From an uncultured Anaerolineales bacterium (GTDB taxonomy: Bacteria > Chloroflexota > Anaerolineae > Anaerolineales > JABWBV01), in the NCBI GenBank assembly GCA_964489525.1, contig CAZAYY010000021.1:104-64103 (forward strand): a DNA stretch of 64,000 bases, written 5' to 3'. A model generated the notes under the pieces. The model saw nothing but the letters and a program-made list of their open reading frames with translations, did no database searches and was not told where the DNA came from. Both the position numbers and the translations under genes were made by a program. Shown here piece after piece: positions 44,765 through 54,186 of the stretch; within the stretch, counting starts at the first letter, position 1; every line of letters starts with the position of its first letter.

Positions 44765-45576
44765 CTCGGTCTCCGAGCCACAATAACAAATTCACCGCAT
44801 GTGAGTTCGTCCCGGCTGTAGTCCCCCAGTTCTGCTTCGAGTTGCGGCGTGAGCAGCGCCTCGCCTTCTCGCACATGGCAATAATGGGCAACTATCTCAA
44901 AATAATTGGCAAACGCAGCCAGATACTGGCTGACGCGCCACTGGTTCAACGGCACATGAAAAGGCAGCCGCCGCTGGCGCAAATGGTCCCACGGCTCCAC
45001 ACCGTCCGGGAGCAGGTTCATAGGCAGCGCCATTAGCTGAACATTATGCCCACCAGACAAGCTGGTAAACAGGTGGATACTGGTAAACACAACTCCGCCC
45101 GGACGGGTCACCCGATACAGTTCGGCAATCACCGCCGGCACATCCAAAAAATGTTCGAATGCCGCGGTCGAAGTTACCAAGTCAAACAGCGCCGCGCCAA
45201 AAGGTAGTTTTGCAGCATTGGCGCACAATAGCACCGGCTCCACAGGCGTTGGCGCGATCGGTAGGTGCAGGGCAAACAACCAACGGGCAAACTGATACAG
45301 CCTGCGCACAAATCGGCCAGAAATCGTCCAGGTAGCTTCGGGCCGGTTTACAAGGTCAATCCCTACAACAGCATATCCCCGTCGTTTCAGAATTTGTGTT
45401 TGGGGTTGGAGCTCTCCATTGGCCAGGTCCAAGACAACCAATGGCTGCCGCAAATCCAGGTAAGGCGCAACCTGTGCATCGCGCAGCCGCGCAGCCTCCA
45501 ACTCGCGCCGGGTGCGCATGCCGCTGATTAATTCCCAGAAAAAATAGCCGTAATCAAACCAAGTCGGACCAGGCAT
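44761..45576 (-). CDS. SAM-dependent methyltransferase-like protein (divergent motif I)
   Basis: LVVLDLANGE...LPFGAALFDLVTSTAAFEHFLD...RVTRPGGVV resembles the Methyltransf_11 core, with an insertion. ATGA overlap with the downstream GT2. Confidence 0.6.
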   Translation of the reverse strand: MPGPTWFDYGYFFWELISGMRTRRELEAARLRDAQVAPYLDLRQPLVVLDLANGELQPQTQILKRRGYAVVGIDLVNRPEATWTISGRFVRRLYQFARWLFALHLPIAPTPVEPVLLCANAAKLPFGAALFDLVTSTAAFEHFLDVPAVIAELYRVTRPGGVVFTSIHLFTSLSGGHNVQLMALPMNLLPDGVEPWDHLRQRRLPFHVPLNQWRVSQYLAAFANYFEIVAHYCHVREGEALLTPQLEAELGDYSRDELTCGEFVIVARRPR

Positions 45577-45585
45577 TGAAAAACC

Positions 45586-46749
45586 TCAATAGATATCGGG
45601 AAAACGACCTGCCTGCGAGGGCGGATGGTGTTCGCCCGCCAACACCCGCTCCCAGGCATCCAACATCTGCTGCAACCCAAAATGTTGCTCGACATGCATT
45701 CGGGCGGCTTGGCCGCGTTGGGCGGCCTCCTCCGGGTCGCCCAACGCGGCCCGCAAACCCTCTGCTAACGCCGCCGGGTCTTCGGGTGAGACAAGCCAGC
45801 CAAACCGCTCATCAGGCAGCAGTTCCAGGCAGCCATCCACCCGGCTCGCCACGACAGGCAGCCCGGCCGCCATTGCCTCCATCAGCGCATTCGGCATCCC
45901 TTCAAATCGCGAAGGCTGCACATAAACATCAAACGAATGCAGCCAGGAAAGCGTCTCATCCTGGTATCCCACAAAATGCACCCTCTTTACCAGTGCCATT
46001 TCGGCCACCATCTGGCGCAAGTGCACTTCCGCCGGGCCAAGCCCCAATAACACAAGCTGGACTTCCCCGGGCAGCCAGGTTAAAGCCTTCAAAAGAATAT
46101 CGAACCCTTTTTGCGGGTCCAGGCGACCTACGCTGCCCAAAACCAGCGTTCCCGGTGGAAGGTTCAACTGCCGTCGGCGGTCCACCAGCAGTTGTGTCCC
46201 GCCATGGGGCGAAAACCGCCGGGCATCAACGCCATTGGGAATCACCAGAATCCGGGCCGGGTTTGCCCCTTCTTCTTGTTGGGCAAACGCCCGCACCTGG
46301 CGGCTGTTCAACACCACCGCATCGACCCACCGCATCGTCCAGCGCACCAACCACCGCTGCCAACCGCGGTAAAGAATGTTGCGCGCCCGAATAGAGGACA
46401 CAATGCGCGGCACCGCCGCCTGGTGGGCCAGCCAGCGCCCTAAGACATCTGAATAAAACAAGAAAGTAACCGCCACATCAAAGCGTCCACGCCGCAGCCA
46501 ATTCCAGATTCGCCCCACGCCCCAACCCACGGCCAGCGCCCTCCGGCCCACAAAACGCACCTCCGCCCCTGCCTGGGTCATGGCGTCTACTACCCGCACA
46601 TCCCATGAGCGATTAAGGCAAATGACCACCTGTTGGTGGCCTCGCAGTCCCAGGCCATACACCAACTGGCTCAGCGCCTGCTGCGTTCCATCGCCTCTCA
46701 GGTGGTCAATCAGATAAACAATCCGCACAAAAACGCCCTTTCGCCGCAC
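45586..46749 (-). CDS. glycosyltransferase family 4 (GT-B, Glycos_transf_1)
   Basis: C-terminal motif PSRFEGMPNALMEAMAAGLPVVASRVDG. Confidence 0.88.
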   Translation of the reverse strand: MRRKGVFVRIVYLIDHLRGDGTQQALSQLVYGLGLRGHQQVVICLNRSWDVRVVDAMTQAGAEVRFVGRRALAVGWGVGRIWNWLRRGRFDVAVTFLFYSDVLGRWLAHQAAVPRIVSSIRARNILYRGWQRWLVRWTMRWVDAVVLNSRQVRAFAQQEEGANPARILVIPNGVDARRFSPHGGTQLLVDRRRQLNLPPGTLVLGSVGRLDPQKGFDILLKALTWLPGEVQLVLLGLGPAEVHLRQMVAEMALVKRVHFVGYQDETLSWLHSFDVYVQPSRFEGMPNALMEAMAAGLPVVASRVDGCLELLPDERFGWLVSPEDPAALAEGLRAALGDPEEAAQRGQAARMHVEQHFGLQQMLDAWERVLAGEHHPPSQAGRFPDIY

Positions 46750-46755
46750 CGCCAG

Positions 46756-48258
46756 CTACGGAACAATCTCAATGTGACCTTTCCAACCTGCCGAAGCTTC
46801 AAAGGCCAGACCAGGGTCGGCGCTCTGGAAAATCGTCTGCCAGCGTTCCACATTGCTGGCAATCACCAGGTCTTCCACCGTAAACTGGCCCAGGGGGTAA
46901 GCCTCGCGGGTTCTCGCCCGGCGTATCAGTGGAATTCGCTCAATGTCAAACCCCATCAGACGCGCCCCCACCATATCAACCGCCACCGGGTTAAACCCGG
47001 CCAAAAGCACCCCGCTGTTTGCCGGGCGTGGCTTCAGCGGGCCTTCCTCCATCCCACCAATAATGCCATCGACAATTGAAAAATAGCGGCGCTGCAGTGT
47101 GGTTTGCAGCACCCCGGCGCGGTCGGCATACAACATTAACGTATTCAAATCCAACACCATGCGCCATACCGTATCATTGCCATGCCAATCGCCATCTTCT
47201 ACATGCTTCTCGCCCTCGGTTCCCAGGGTCTGGTCTAGCGCTGGCTTCGCCAACCGCTGGTACAGTTTAAGTAAAGGCACCCCCAGGTATTTCGCCGCCG
47301 CCTGGCCCCATCGGTGTGTAATCAAAATATCTTTCGCCAGTTCTTTCAGCTTAATATCCAGGCGCGTCGCATCTGCAAACAAATCCCCCCCCTGGTTGGG
47401 GCTGCCAGCCCGGTGATGGGGCAGCCAACGCTTTTCATTGGTGATACCCACCATATTCTTCAGACTCAAAGTCACCCCTGCCTTACGGTGGGTTTTCAAC
47501 TTAGACAGGCTAATCAATACATCTGTTTCAAGAATCCGGTTTGGTAGGCTGTATAAATGCTGGTGATTGCGATGCGCCTCAGCGCTGGCATTTTCATAAA
47601 AAGCCGCTGTGCTGCGCAGCCGGGCCGCATGGCGCTCAATCTCATGCAGCATACTGTCCCGCCCCAAGTCAATCACCCGATACCCGTCCGGGTCCCCCTC
47701 GAGCCGCTTCCCAACCACCATCACCCGGTCCGCATTACGCACCACCTGGATATCGCGCAAATCAACCAGGTCGATTTGCAAACCATGCTTTTCATTCAAA
47801 TCGGCTGTCATTGGGCCAATCCCGGTCAGGGCCAAAATACGGTCAAAATCCACCTCTTTGATAGGGGAGTCTGCAATCGTAATACGCCCCTCGCCCCGGT
47901 TGGCAATCAATACATAATCCAATACCGCTCGCACCACCGAACCATGTACCACAGAGGCATAGATACCCGGCAACCCTGCCGGATGGTCACTAACCACCAG
48001 GTTAGGTTTGAGAACAACCCGGTCGCCCGGCTGGATAATGCAGCCTAAAGGATTCCACTGGGGCGTACCAAAATTTTCCCGGTCCAACCCCAATAAAATC
48101 AACAGCTCGCGCACCGCCGCATACACAAAGTTATCCGGGTCGAGCGAGCCATCCTTCAGCGGCGCTTCCGGGTAGCGGGTTGGGGGATTAAAAGGGGGGC
48201 GCGCAGGATACTCGTACCGCCCCAGGTCATTCACAGCAACTTTTGGCGTAAACAGCAT
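46756..48258 (-). CDS. DUF362 domain-containing protein
   Basis: VVLKPNLV..., ISLSKLKTHRKAGVTLSLKNMVG, FSIVDGIIGGMEEGPL match my recollection of DUF362 landmarks. At 500 aa it is longer than I expect for the family. Confidence 0.65.
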   Translation of the reverse strand: MLFTPKVAVNDLGRYEYPARPPFNPPTRYPEAPLKDGSLDPDNFVYAAVRELLILLGLDRENFGTPQWNPLGCIIQPGDRVVLKPNLVVSDHPAGLPGIYASVVHGSVVRAVLDYVLIANRGEGRITIADSPIKEVDFDRILALTGIGPMTADLNEKHGLQIDLVDLRDIQVVRNADRVMVVGKRLEGDPDGYRVIDLGRDSMLHEIERHAARLRSTAAFYENASAEAHRNHQHLYSLPNRILETDVLISLSKLKTHRKAGVTLSLKNMVGITNEKRWLPHHRAGSPNQGGDLFADATRLDIKLKELAKDILITHRWGQAAAKYLGVPLLKLYQRLAKPALDQTLGTEGEKHVEDGDWHGNDTVWRMVLDLNTLMLYADRAGVLQTTLQRRYFSIVDGIIGGMEEGPLKPRPANSGVLLAGFNPVAVDMVGARLMGFDIERIPLIRRARTREAYPLGQFTVEDLVIASNVERWQTIFQSADPGLAFEASAGWKGHIEIVP

Positions 48259-48267
48259 AATTCATCC

Positions 48268-49668
48268 TTATCCAAGCTTCACAGCAACTTTAGAAATTGT
48301 AAACCGATATTTCCCCGAGGCCGCTGGCGGCAGGGCGTCAAATAAGAAAAATTTCACCTGGAACGCCGGGTCGCCATGGGTGTGAATCACGTCTTCCAAA
48401 AATGAAAACACCTTTTGCTGGTCAAATCCAGGGCCAGGCGCCAGTTGAATATGCAGCTCTTCTAACGTTTCCTGAATGACCCGAAACTGCTGAACCCCTT
48501 GTATTTTATAAAACAGGTGCGTAAAAAACTCGCCATGCAGCAGTTTACCAGATGGCGCAGTGATGATATCCGTTGTCCGGCCCACTACCCCCTGCATAAC
48601 TGGCAATCCCCGCCCACATGTGCAAGGGCCATCCCCAGGGCTGGCCATATCCCCATTTTCATAGCGAATCAGCGGCATTGCAAAATTATTCAGATTGGTC
48701 ACCACCACCCGGCCCGGCGAGCCAGGGGCGACAGGTCGCCCATCGGCGCCCAACAGTTCCAACAAATTGTTTTCCATCAACACATGCAGCCCGGCATGCG
48801 CGCTGCACTCATGGCCAATATTCCCCACTTCTCGGCAGCCATATCGGTCAAAGGCGGGTGCGCGAAAAGCCTGCTGCAGCAAAGCGCGGTCGGCCGGCGT
48901 CAGCACCTCTGTCGAAGTCTGGATGGCCCTGGGACGCACTGGCGGCAGCCCATCTTCCAGGATACCCCTCGCCAGCATGGTTACAGAAGATACATAAGCC
49001 ACCAGGATTTCAGGCTGCCAGCGCGCCAGCGCCGTTGCTGCCTGCCGGATGGTATCCTTCCGCAAATCAAATGTATTAATCCACAGCGTGTTGTATATCA
49101 CCCGGTCTTTCAAACGCCCCTGCCAACCTTTATGAGTTCGTGCATCATAATCCGACCCCCACAAAAAAGCCCAACGCGTCCCCAGTTCGTACCCGGTCAT
49201 CCGATAATTGCGCAGCAAGTCGGCGTCACCCCAGGCAATATAATTGGCATCCTGGAAGAACGTCAGCGGAAAGCCAGTCGACCCGCCCGTATGATTTTCC
49301 CGCAGCGAAGACCGGTCCACATTCTGCGCCAACAACTCATCCCCATAGATTTGAATATCTTGCTTGGTCAGCACTGGCAAAGCCGCCAGGTCCGCTGAAG
49401 AACGCACATTTTCCGGGCGCACACCCGCCGCATCCATCCGCCGACGATAAAAAGGCACACAGGCATAAGCATGTGCAATTAACTTTTGCAACTTGTTGTT
49501 TTGCAGTTCCACCAAACGTTCATGCGGCCACCATTGCGACTCTTCGAGGAAAGCGGCATGCCGGCCATAAGGCTGCCAACCATACACTCCCGCAAAAGCT
49601 GTTCGAATCGCCGCCTTGTGAATCTGGTACGCTGTATTCGTAAATATACCTTTTGGTTGTCGAGACAT
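48268..49668 (-). CDS. phenylacetate-CoA ligase / F390-synthetase-like adenylate-forming enzyme (CapK-type)
   Basis: The HTGGSTGFPLTF AMP-binding P-loop variant, LVAYVSS, FDRYGCREVG, and a C-terminal GKYRF. Confidence 0.8.
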   Translation of the reverse strand: MSRQPKGIFTNTAYQIHKAAIRTAFAGVYGWQPYGRHAAFLEESQWWPHERLVELQNNKLQKLIAHAYACVPFYRRRMDAAGVRPENVRSSADLAALPVLTKQDIQIYGDELLAQNVDRSSLRENHTGGSTGFPLTFFQDANYIAWGDADLLRNYRMTGYELGTRWAFLWGSDYDARTHKGWQGRLKDRVIYNTLWINTFDLRKDTIRQAATALARWQPEILVAYVSSVTMLARGILEDGLPPVRPRAIQTSTEVLTPADRALLQQAFRAPAFDRYGCREVGNIGHECSAHAGLHVLMENNLLELLGADGRPVAPGSPGRVVVTNLNNFAMPLIRYENGDMASPGDGPCTCGRGLPVMQGVVGRTTDIITAPSGKLLHGEFFTHLFYKIQGVQQFRVIQETLEELHIQLAPGPGFDQQKVFSFLEDVIHTHGDPAFQVKFFLFDALPPAASGKYRFTISKVAVKLG

Positions 49669-49748
49669 ATCAGCCCATATTTACCCGATTACGCCAAAAA
49701 CCAACAACTTGCCAGTCCTGTGCCCAAGCTGTGACAACGGCATATCCA

Positions 49749-50918
49749 TCATCCCACAACGGGCGTTACAGCCCTTTTCCTCAGGAGAAATAAATCGGAA
49801 AATGCCGCCGCCGCCCCATCCCACGTAAACAACTGTGCCCGTTGGCGCGAGGCTGCGCCCAACTGGCGCGCCAGGCTCCGATCCTGGGCAAAGCGGGAGA
49901 GTACAGCGACGAGGGCTTCAAGGTCATTCCAATCGAACAAAAAACCGTTTTCGCCAGGGAGAACCAGTTCTTCCATGCCGCCGGCGCGTGTGGCAACAAT
50001 CGGCAGCCCAGCCGCCATGGCTTCCAGGGTAGCCACGCTCATCCCTTCGTTGAAGGAGGGTAAAACAAATACATCCGCGGCGGCGTAGTGGGCAGCAATC
50101 TGCTCCCGTGGGATGTAACCAAGAAAATGGACCTGCTCCTGAACACCTAACTCAGCCCCCAGCGCCTGGTAAGCCAACAGCGAATCGCCATCCCCTACCA
50201 GGTGGATTTGTACCGGCAGCGCGGCGTCCATCAACCGGCGCGCCGCCTGGATAAGCAATCGCTGGCCTTTTCGTTCAATCAAACGCGCCACGCATAAGAT
50301 ATGCAGCGGCCCATCCGCCGGGGAACCGTGCGCCAACGGAAAACGCCCCAAGTCTACACCATTTGGAATGATTTCGATGGGCAGCGGGCGGTTTTCCACA
50401 CGGCGAATCATCCGGGCTTCATCCTGGCATTTTGCCACCACGCGCCCCGCCCCACGCCAGACCTGCCGAATCATAGGTGTCAATAGCGGATACAACCAGC
50501 CGTAGCGTTCTTCAAAACCAGGAATATCGGGGCCGCTCACCCGCACAATATAAGGTAAACCAAAGCGCTTTTTTAATAACCAGGCCACCACCCCCGCCGG
50601 AACCCCACTCCAGGCCATCACCAATTGGTAAGGACAATCCCGATACAGGCGAGCCGCAAAAGGAAAGGCACGTAAGGCGTAGGCCGCCAAGTCACGATTG
50701 CTGGCATGATGGATGTCGCGGCGTCCATCGCGCAGCTTGAACAAACGCAGGTTTTTTCCCAAATTTAGCGCTGTGTCCGGTTCGGGTCCAGCAGACGTTA
50801 CAAGGTCAATCTGGATTTCCGGGTGCCCATCAAAACGTTGGAGCAGTGCCTGGTTAACCGTTCCTGTGCCACCTCCGAGTGGGGGGTATTCATTGTTCAA
50901 CATTAAGATACGCATCAA
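49749..50918 (-). CDS. glycosyltransferase family 4 (GT-B)
   Basis: N-terminal LNNEYPPLGGGTG and C-terminal PSFNEGMSVATLEAMAAGLPIVATRAGG. Confidence 0.88.
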   Translation of the reverse strand: MMRILMLNNEYPPLGGGTGTVNQALLQRFDGHPEIQIDLVTSAGPEPDTALNLGKNLRLFKLRDGRRDIHHASNRDLAAYALRAFPFAARLYRDCPYQLVMAWSGVPAGVVAWLLKKRFGLPYIVRVSGPDIPGFEERYGWLYPLLTPMIRQVWRGAGRVVAKCQDEARMIRRVENRPLPIEIIPNGVDLGRFPLAHGSPADGPLHILCVARLIERKGQRLLIQAARRLMDAALPVQIHLVGDGDSLLAYQALGAELGVQEQVHFLGYIPREQIAAHYAAADVFVLPSFNEGMSVATLEAMAAGLPIVATRAGGMEELVLPGENGFLFDWNDLEALVAVLSRFAQDRSLARQLGAASRQRAQLFTWDGAAAAFSDLFLLRKRAVTPVVG

Positions 50919-52027
50919 CCCTGCCCCGAGACCACCCGCCGCACCACGTACAACGGGCGGCGTTTCACTTCCTCAAAAATCCGGCCAATATATTCGCCCA
51001 TCACACCGAGGGTGATGAGTTGGATGCCAGACAAGAAAAAAACAGCGACGACGATCGTCGCAAACCCTGGCGGGCTAAGCCCCACAGTAATCCGCTGCAA
51101 AAAATATAACACCGCCAGCAAAATCGACAGCGCCGAGATGCCAAAGCCAATACCGGTGATGGCACGCAGCGGAAGGTAGCTGAACGAAACCAGGCCATCC
51201 AGAGCAAGGTAAAGCAGCCTGCTGAAGGTAAACTTGGGCGTGCCCGCATGGCGGGCATGGCGTTCGTAGGCCAGGCCGGTCTGGCGCAGACCCACCCAAC
51301 TGCGAATGCCGCGCACAAAGCGGTTGCGTTCGGGCATCTGCACCAACAAATCTACCACCCGGCGGTCCATAATGCAGAAATCGCCAGAATCCAACGGGAT
51401 GTCAATACTGGCCACACGCTGCAGCAGGCGGTAAAAAAGGGTGTAAGCGAGTCGCTTCAACGGGCCCTCTTTGCGCTTGGCGCGGATGGCGTAAACAACA
51501 TCGTAGCCTTCACGCCATTTTTCAATGAACATGGGCAGCACTTCGGGGGGGTCTTGCAGGTCGGCGTCCATGATGATGACCGATTGGCCGCGGGCGTATT
51601 CCAACCCGGCGCTGATGGCGGCCTGGTGGCCAAAGTTGCGGGCCAGTTCCACCACCACCACCCGCCGGTCCTGGCCTGCAAACTGCAGGGCCAGCGGCAG
51701 GCTCCGGTCGCGGCTGCCATCATCCACGAACACCAGTTCGTAATCGGGCATCTTTTCGCCCAACACGCCAACAAGCCGGGTGTACAGTTCGGGCAGGTTA
51801 TCTTCCTCGTTGAAAACGGGAATCACCACCGATACCAGCGGGCGCGGGGAAGCCGGTCCGTTTGGCGGCTGCCCGGAAGCCTGGGCCTGGGCGAGAACCT
51901 GGGCCAGCGCCTGGCAAAACGCCAGTGCCTGGGCAGGGTCCGCCGTGGGAATGCTGCCAGGGGATAAAAACCCCGGCGGCATTTCGGGCGCAGGTTGGTT
52001 AGGTGAGCGGGTTGGTTCGTACGCCAT
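50915..52027 (-). CDS. polyprenyl-phosphate glycosyltransferase (GT2; DPM1/ArnC/GtrB-like) with two C-terminal TM helices and a P/A/Q-rich N-terminal extension
   Basis: VSVVIPVFNEEDNLPELYTRL...VFVDDGSRD...IMDADLQDPPE and a C-terminal pair of TM helices. The first ~55 aa are low complexity (PNQPAPEMPPGF...AQAQASGQPPNGPASP). Confidence 0.85.
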   Translation of the reverse strand: MAYEPTRSPNQPAPEMPPGFLSPGSIPTADPAQALAFCQALAQVLAQAQASGQPPNGPASPRPLVSVVIPVFNEEDNLPELYTRLVGVLGEKMPDYELVFVDDGSRDRSLPLALQFAGQDRRVVVVELARNFGHQAAISAGLEYARGQSVIIMDADLQDPPEVLPMFIEKWREGYDVVYAIRAKRKEGPLKRLAYTLFYRLLQRVASIDIPLDSGDFCIMDRRVVDLLVQMPERNRFVRGIRSWVGLRQTGLAYERHARHAGTPKFTFSRLLYLALDGLVSFSYLPLRAITGIGFGISALSILLAVLYFLQRITVGLSPPGFATIVVAVFFLSGIQLITLGVMGEYIGRIFEEVKRRPLYVVRRVVSGQG

Positions 52028-52118
52028 TCAAAAAGTCCTTAACAGCGGAACTCACTGTGTCCACAGGTGATTATAATGCCTTCCGAACCAGTAAAACACA
52101 TCATTTGAATATCACACC

Positions 52119-54152
52119 TCATTTGCAGGTAATTTCCAATACCTGAACAACCGGCGTTTCGAACAGTACCTGCGTGCAGGCCGGGCGAAAGCGTTCTTCA
52201 AAAACCTGGTAGGCGGCGGCCTGCCTTCCCGATGGATCGCTGGCAGCCATCACCCGTGCATCACCCAGGCTGTACAGCAAATGGGTGACGCCCATGGTGT
52301 GCAGGGCGGATGCAGCTTCGGGCACACCCAGGTTGGCCAGGGCCAGCCGGGTCCAGGCAGATTGGTCGCCATCGGGCAGGCAGCGGGGGCAGTAGTAGGT
52401 GCGCCCATCGCCCATTTGCAGCACAGCGCTGCCCGGCGGCAGAGAGGTTTGGATAAAGTTCCAGGCAGGGTAGTTGTCCACCGTGCGCATCAGAAAGGCG
52501 GTTTTGCTTTCCTGGCCCAGAGCCACCCGCCAGGGCGCATAAAAAAAGAAGTTCACCGAGGTAAGCACCATGCTGACCGCTGCCACAAGAACCAGCGCGG
52601 CCAGGGGTACAAAGCGCAGCGGCCGCTTTAGCCCCGCCTCGATCCGCTGCAGCACCCAGACCGCCAACACAGCCCAAAGCGGGAAAACCGGCAGCAAAAA
52701 CCGGATTTGTTGAGAGCCCAGCGCCCAGGCAATAAAAAGCAGCAGCGAAATTCCAGCAAGCCTATCCAGGCCTTGCGAATGGGTATGCCGGCGCGCCAGC
52801 CAGGGGTATAGCAAAGCCAGGGGAAACAGCGGGCTGAGTGCCTCATACAGCTTGAGGGTGCTGAACTGGCCCGGCTGGGTGTACAGGTTAAACGGCAGCA
52901 AAACAAAATCGAGCAGGCTGCGCCCAACCCCGAAGCTCTGCAGGTAGGTGGAAAGCAGATCCACCCGCAGGGCGTCCCACCCCGGGCCGCCCCAAAGAAT
53001 GGGGTAGACCGGGTTTCCGGCCAGCACCCAGCTTTTCAGGTACCAGGGCAGCCCGAACAAGACCGCCGGAAGTCCATACCAAAGGCCGGCCCAGGCGGCT
53101 GCCTGCAGGCGAACCCGCAGCCCAAAACCACGCAAGTCCTGTGAGCGCAAAGCCGCCGCCAGCACCCACAGGCCAAGCGCAAATGCCCCGGCCAGCGCCA
53201 GAGATTTGACGCCAATGACCAGCCCGGCAAAAACCCCGGCCAGCGCCAAAAAATGCTTGTCTTCTGTCTCGCGCCAGCGCAGCAGCCCAAACACCGCCAG
53301 CCCCAAATCCACGGCCCAGAGAATATCCACCAGGGCATCGCTCGCCCAAAGCGGCAGCGCCCAAACCCCAAGCAAAATCACCAGAGCCATCCAGCCCAGG
53401 CGGCCAGCAGGGCCTGCCCAGCGCCGGGCAAAAATCCAGGTCAGCAGCACCAGCCCTAACCCGGCCGAAAAATGCACCAGCCGGGCAAAGATGTCGCTGC
53501 CAAAAGCCAGGCCAATGGCAAAGAGCATCTCTCCCGCAAAGGGCAGGTTGGCCTGCCAGATGTCCGGCAGCAGGATGAATCGTCCGGCATCAAAGAAATA
53601 CCGCAAGGCTTCCAGGTGATACATTATTGCATCATAATGCACGGGCGGGGCAAGCGCCACCAGGCCGGTCATCGCTGCCACCAGCAAGCCAAACCCCAAA
53701 CCCAACCAGCCCCAAAAACCCAGGCTGCCCCACCCTGCCCGAGTTTCACGCAGCGCACCCCAGGCGCGGCCCAAGGCGCTCCAGGCCCCGGCGCTGTTAA
53801 CCACGCCCGCCGCTGCCAGCCCAACCCCCACCCATATGGGAGAAAATAAACCAAGCAAAGCCAGCGCAGTGACACCCAGGCCCAAAACGCCCTGGCCTAA
53901 AAAGAGGGCCAAGGCGCCTTTCTCCAAAGAGGTTAGCCCGGCCAGGCGAAACAGCGCGAAAAGCTTCAACCCTAACCCCAACGCTGCAAACAGGAACCCT
54001 GCCAGCAGAAGCAGCGCAAATAAAGCATCCCAGGCTGCATGCAGGCCCAGGCTGTCCATCCCGCGTTCAGGGGCCAGCCAGCGGGCAAACGCCAACAGGC
54101 TCAAGAACAATATCCAGCCGATTCGGGCCGGGTTGGGGATAAGTGGTTTCAT
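52119..54152 (-). CDS. polytopic membrane protein, putative GT-C glycosyltransferase (DAxxYH subfamily) with C-terminal soluble domain
   Basis: LAPPVHYDAIMYHLEALRYFFDAGR...AGEMLF closely parallels the motif of the 27102-29090 product. About 140 aa C-terminal soluble domain. Confidence 0.6.
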   Translation of the reverse strand: MKPLIPNPARIGWILFLSLLAFARWLAPERGMDSLGLHAAWDALFALLLLAGFLFAALGLGLKLFALFRLAGLTSLEKGALALFLGQGVLGLGVTALALLGLFSPIWVGVGLAAAGVVNSAGAWSALGRAWGALRETRAGWGSLGFWGWLGLGFGLLVAAMTGLVALAPPVHYDAIMYHLEALRYFFDAGRFILLPDIWQANLPFAGEMLFAIGLAFGSDIFARLVHFSAGLGLVLLTWIFARRWAGPAGRLGWMALVILLGVWALPLWASDALVDILWAVDLGLAVFGLLRWRETEDKHFLALAGVFAGLVIGVKSLALAGAFALGLWVLAAALRSQDLRGFGLRVRLQAAAWAGLWYGLPAVLFGLPWYLKSWVLAGNPVYPILWGGPGWDALRVDLLSTYLQSFGVGRSLLDFVLLPFNLYTQPGQFSTLKLYEALSPLFPLALLYPWLARRHTHSQGLDRLAGISLLLFIAWALGSQQIRFLLPVFPLWAVLAVWVLQRIEAGLKRPLRFVPLAALVLVAAVSMVLTSVNFFFYAPWRVALGQESKTAFLMRTVDNYPAWNFIQTSLPPGSAVLQMGDGRTYYCPRCLPDGDQSAWTRLALANLGVPEAASALHTMGVTHLLYSLGDARVMAASDPSGRQAAAYQVFEERFRPACTQVLFETPVVQVLEITCK

Positions 54153-54186
54153 CCAATACCTTGTTTGCGGTTCGTTTACAATCGGC

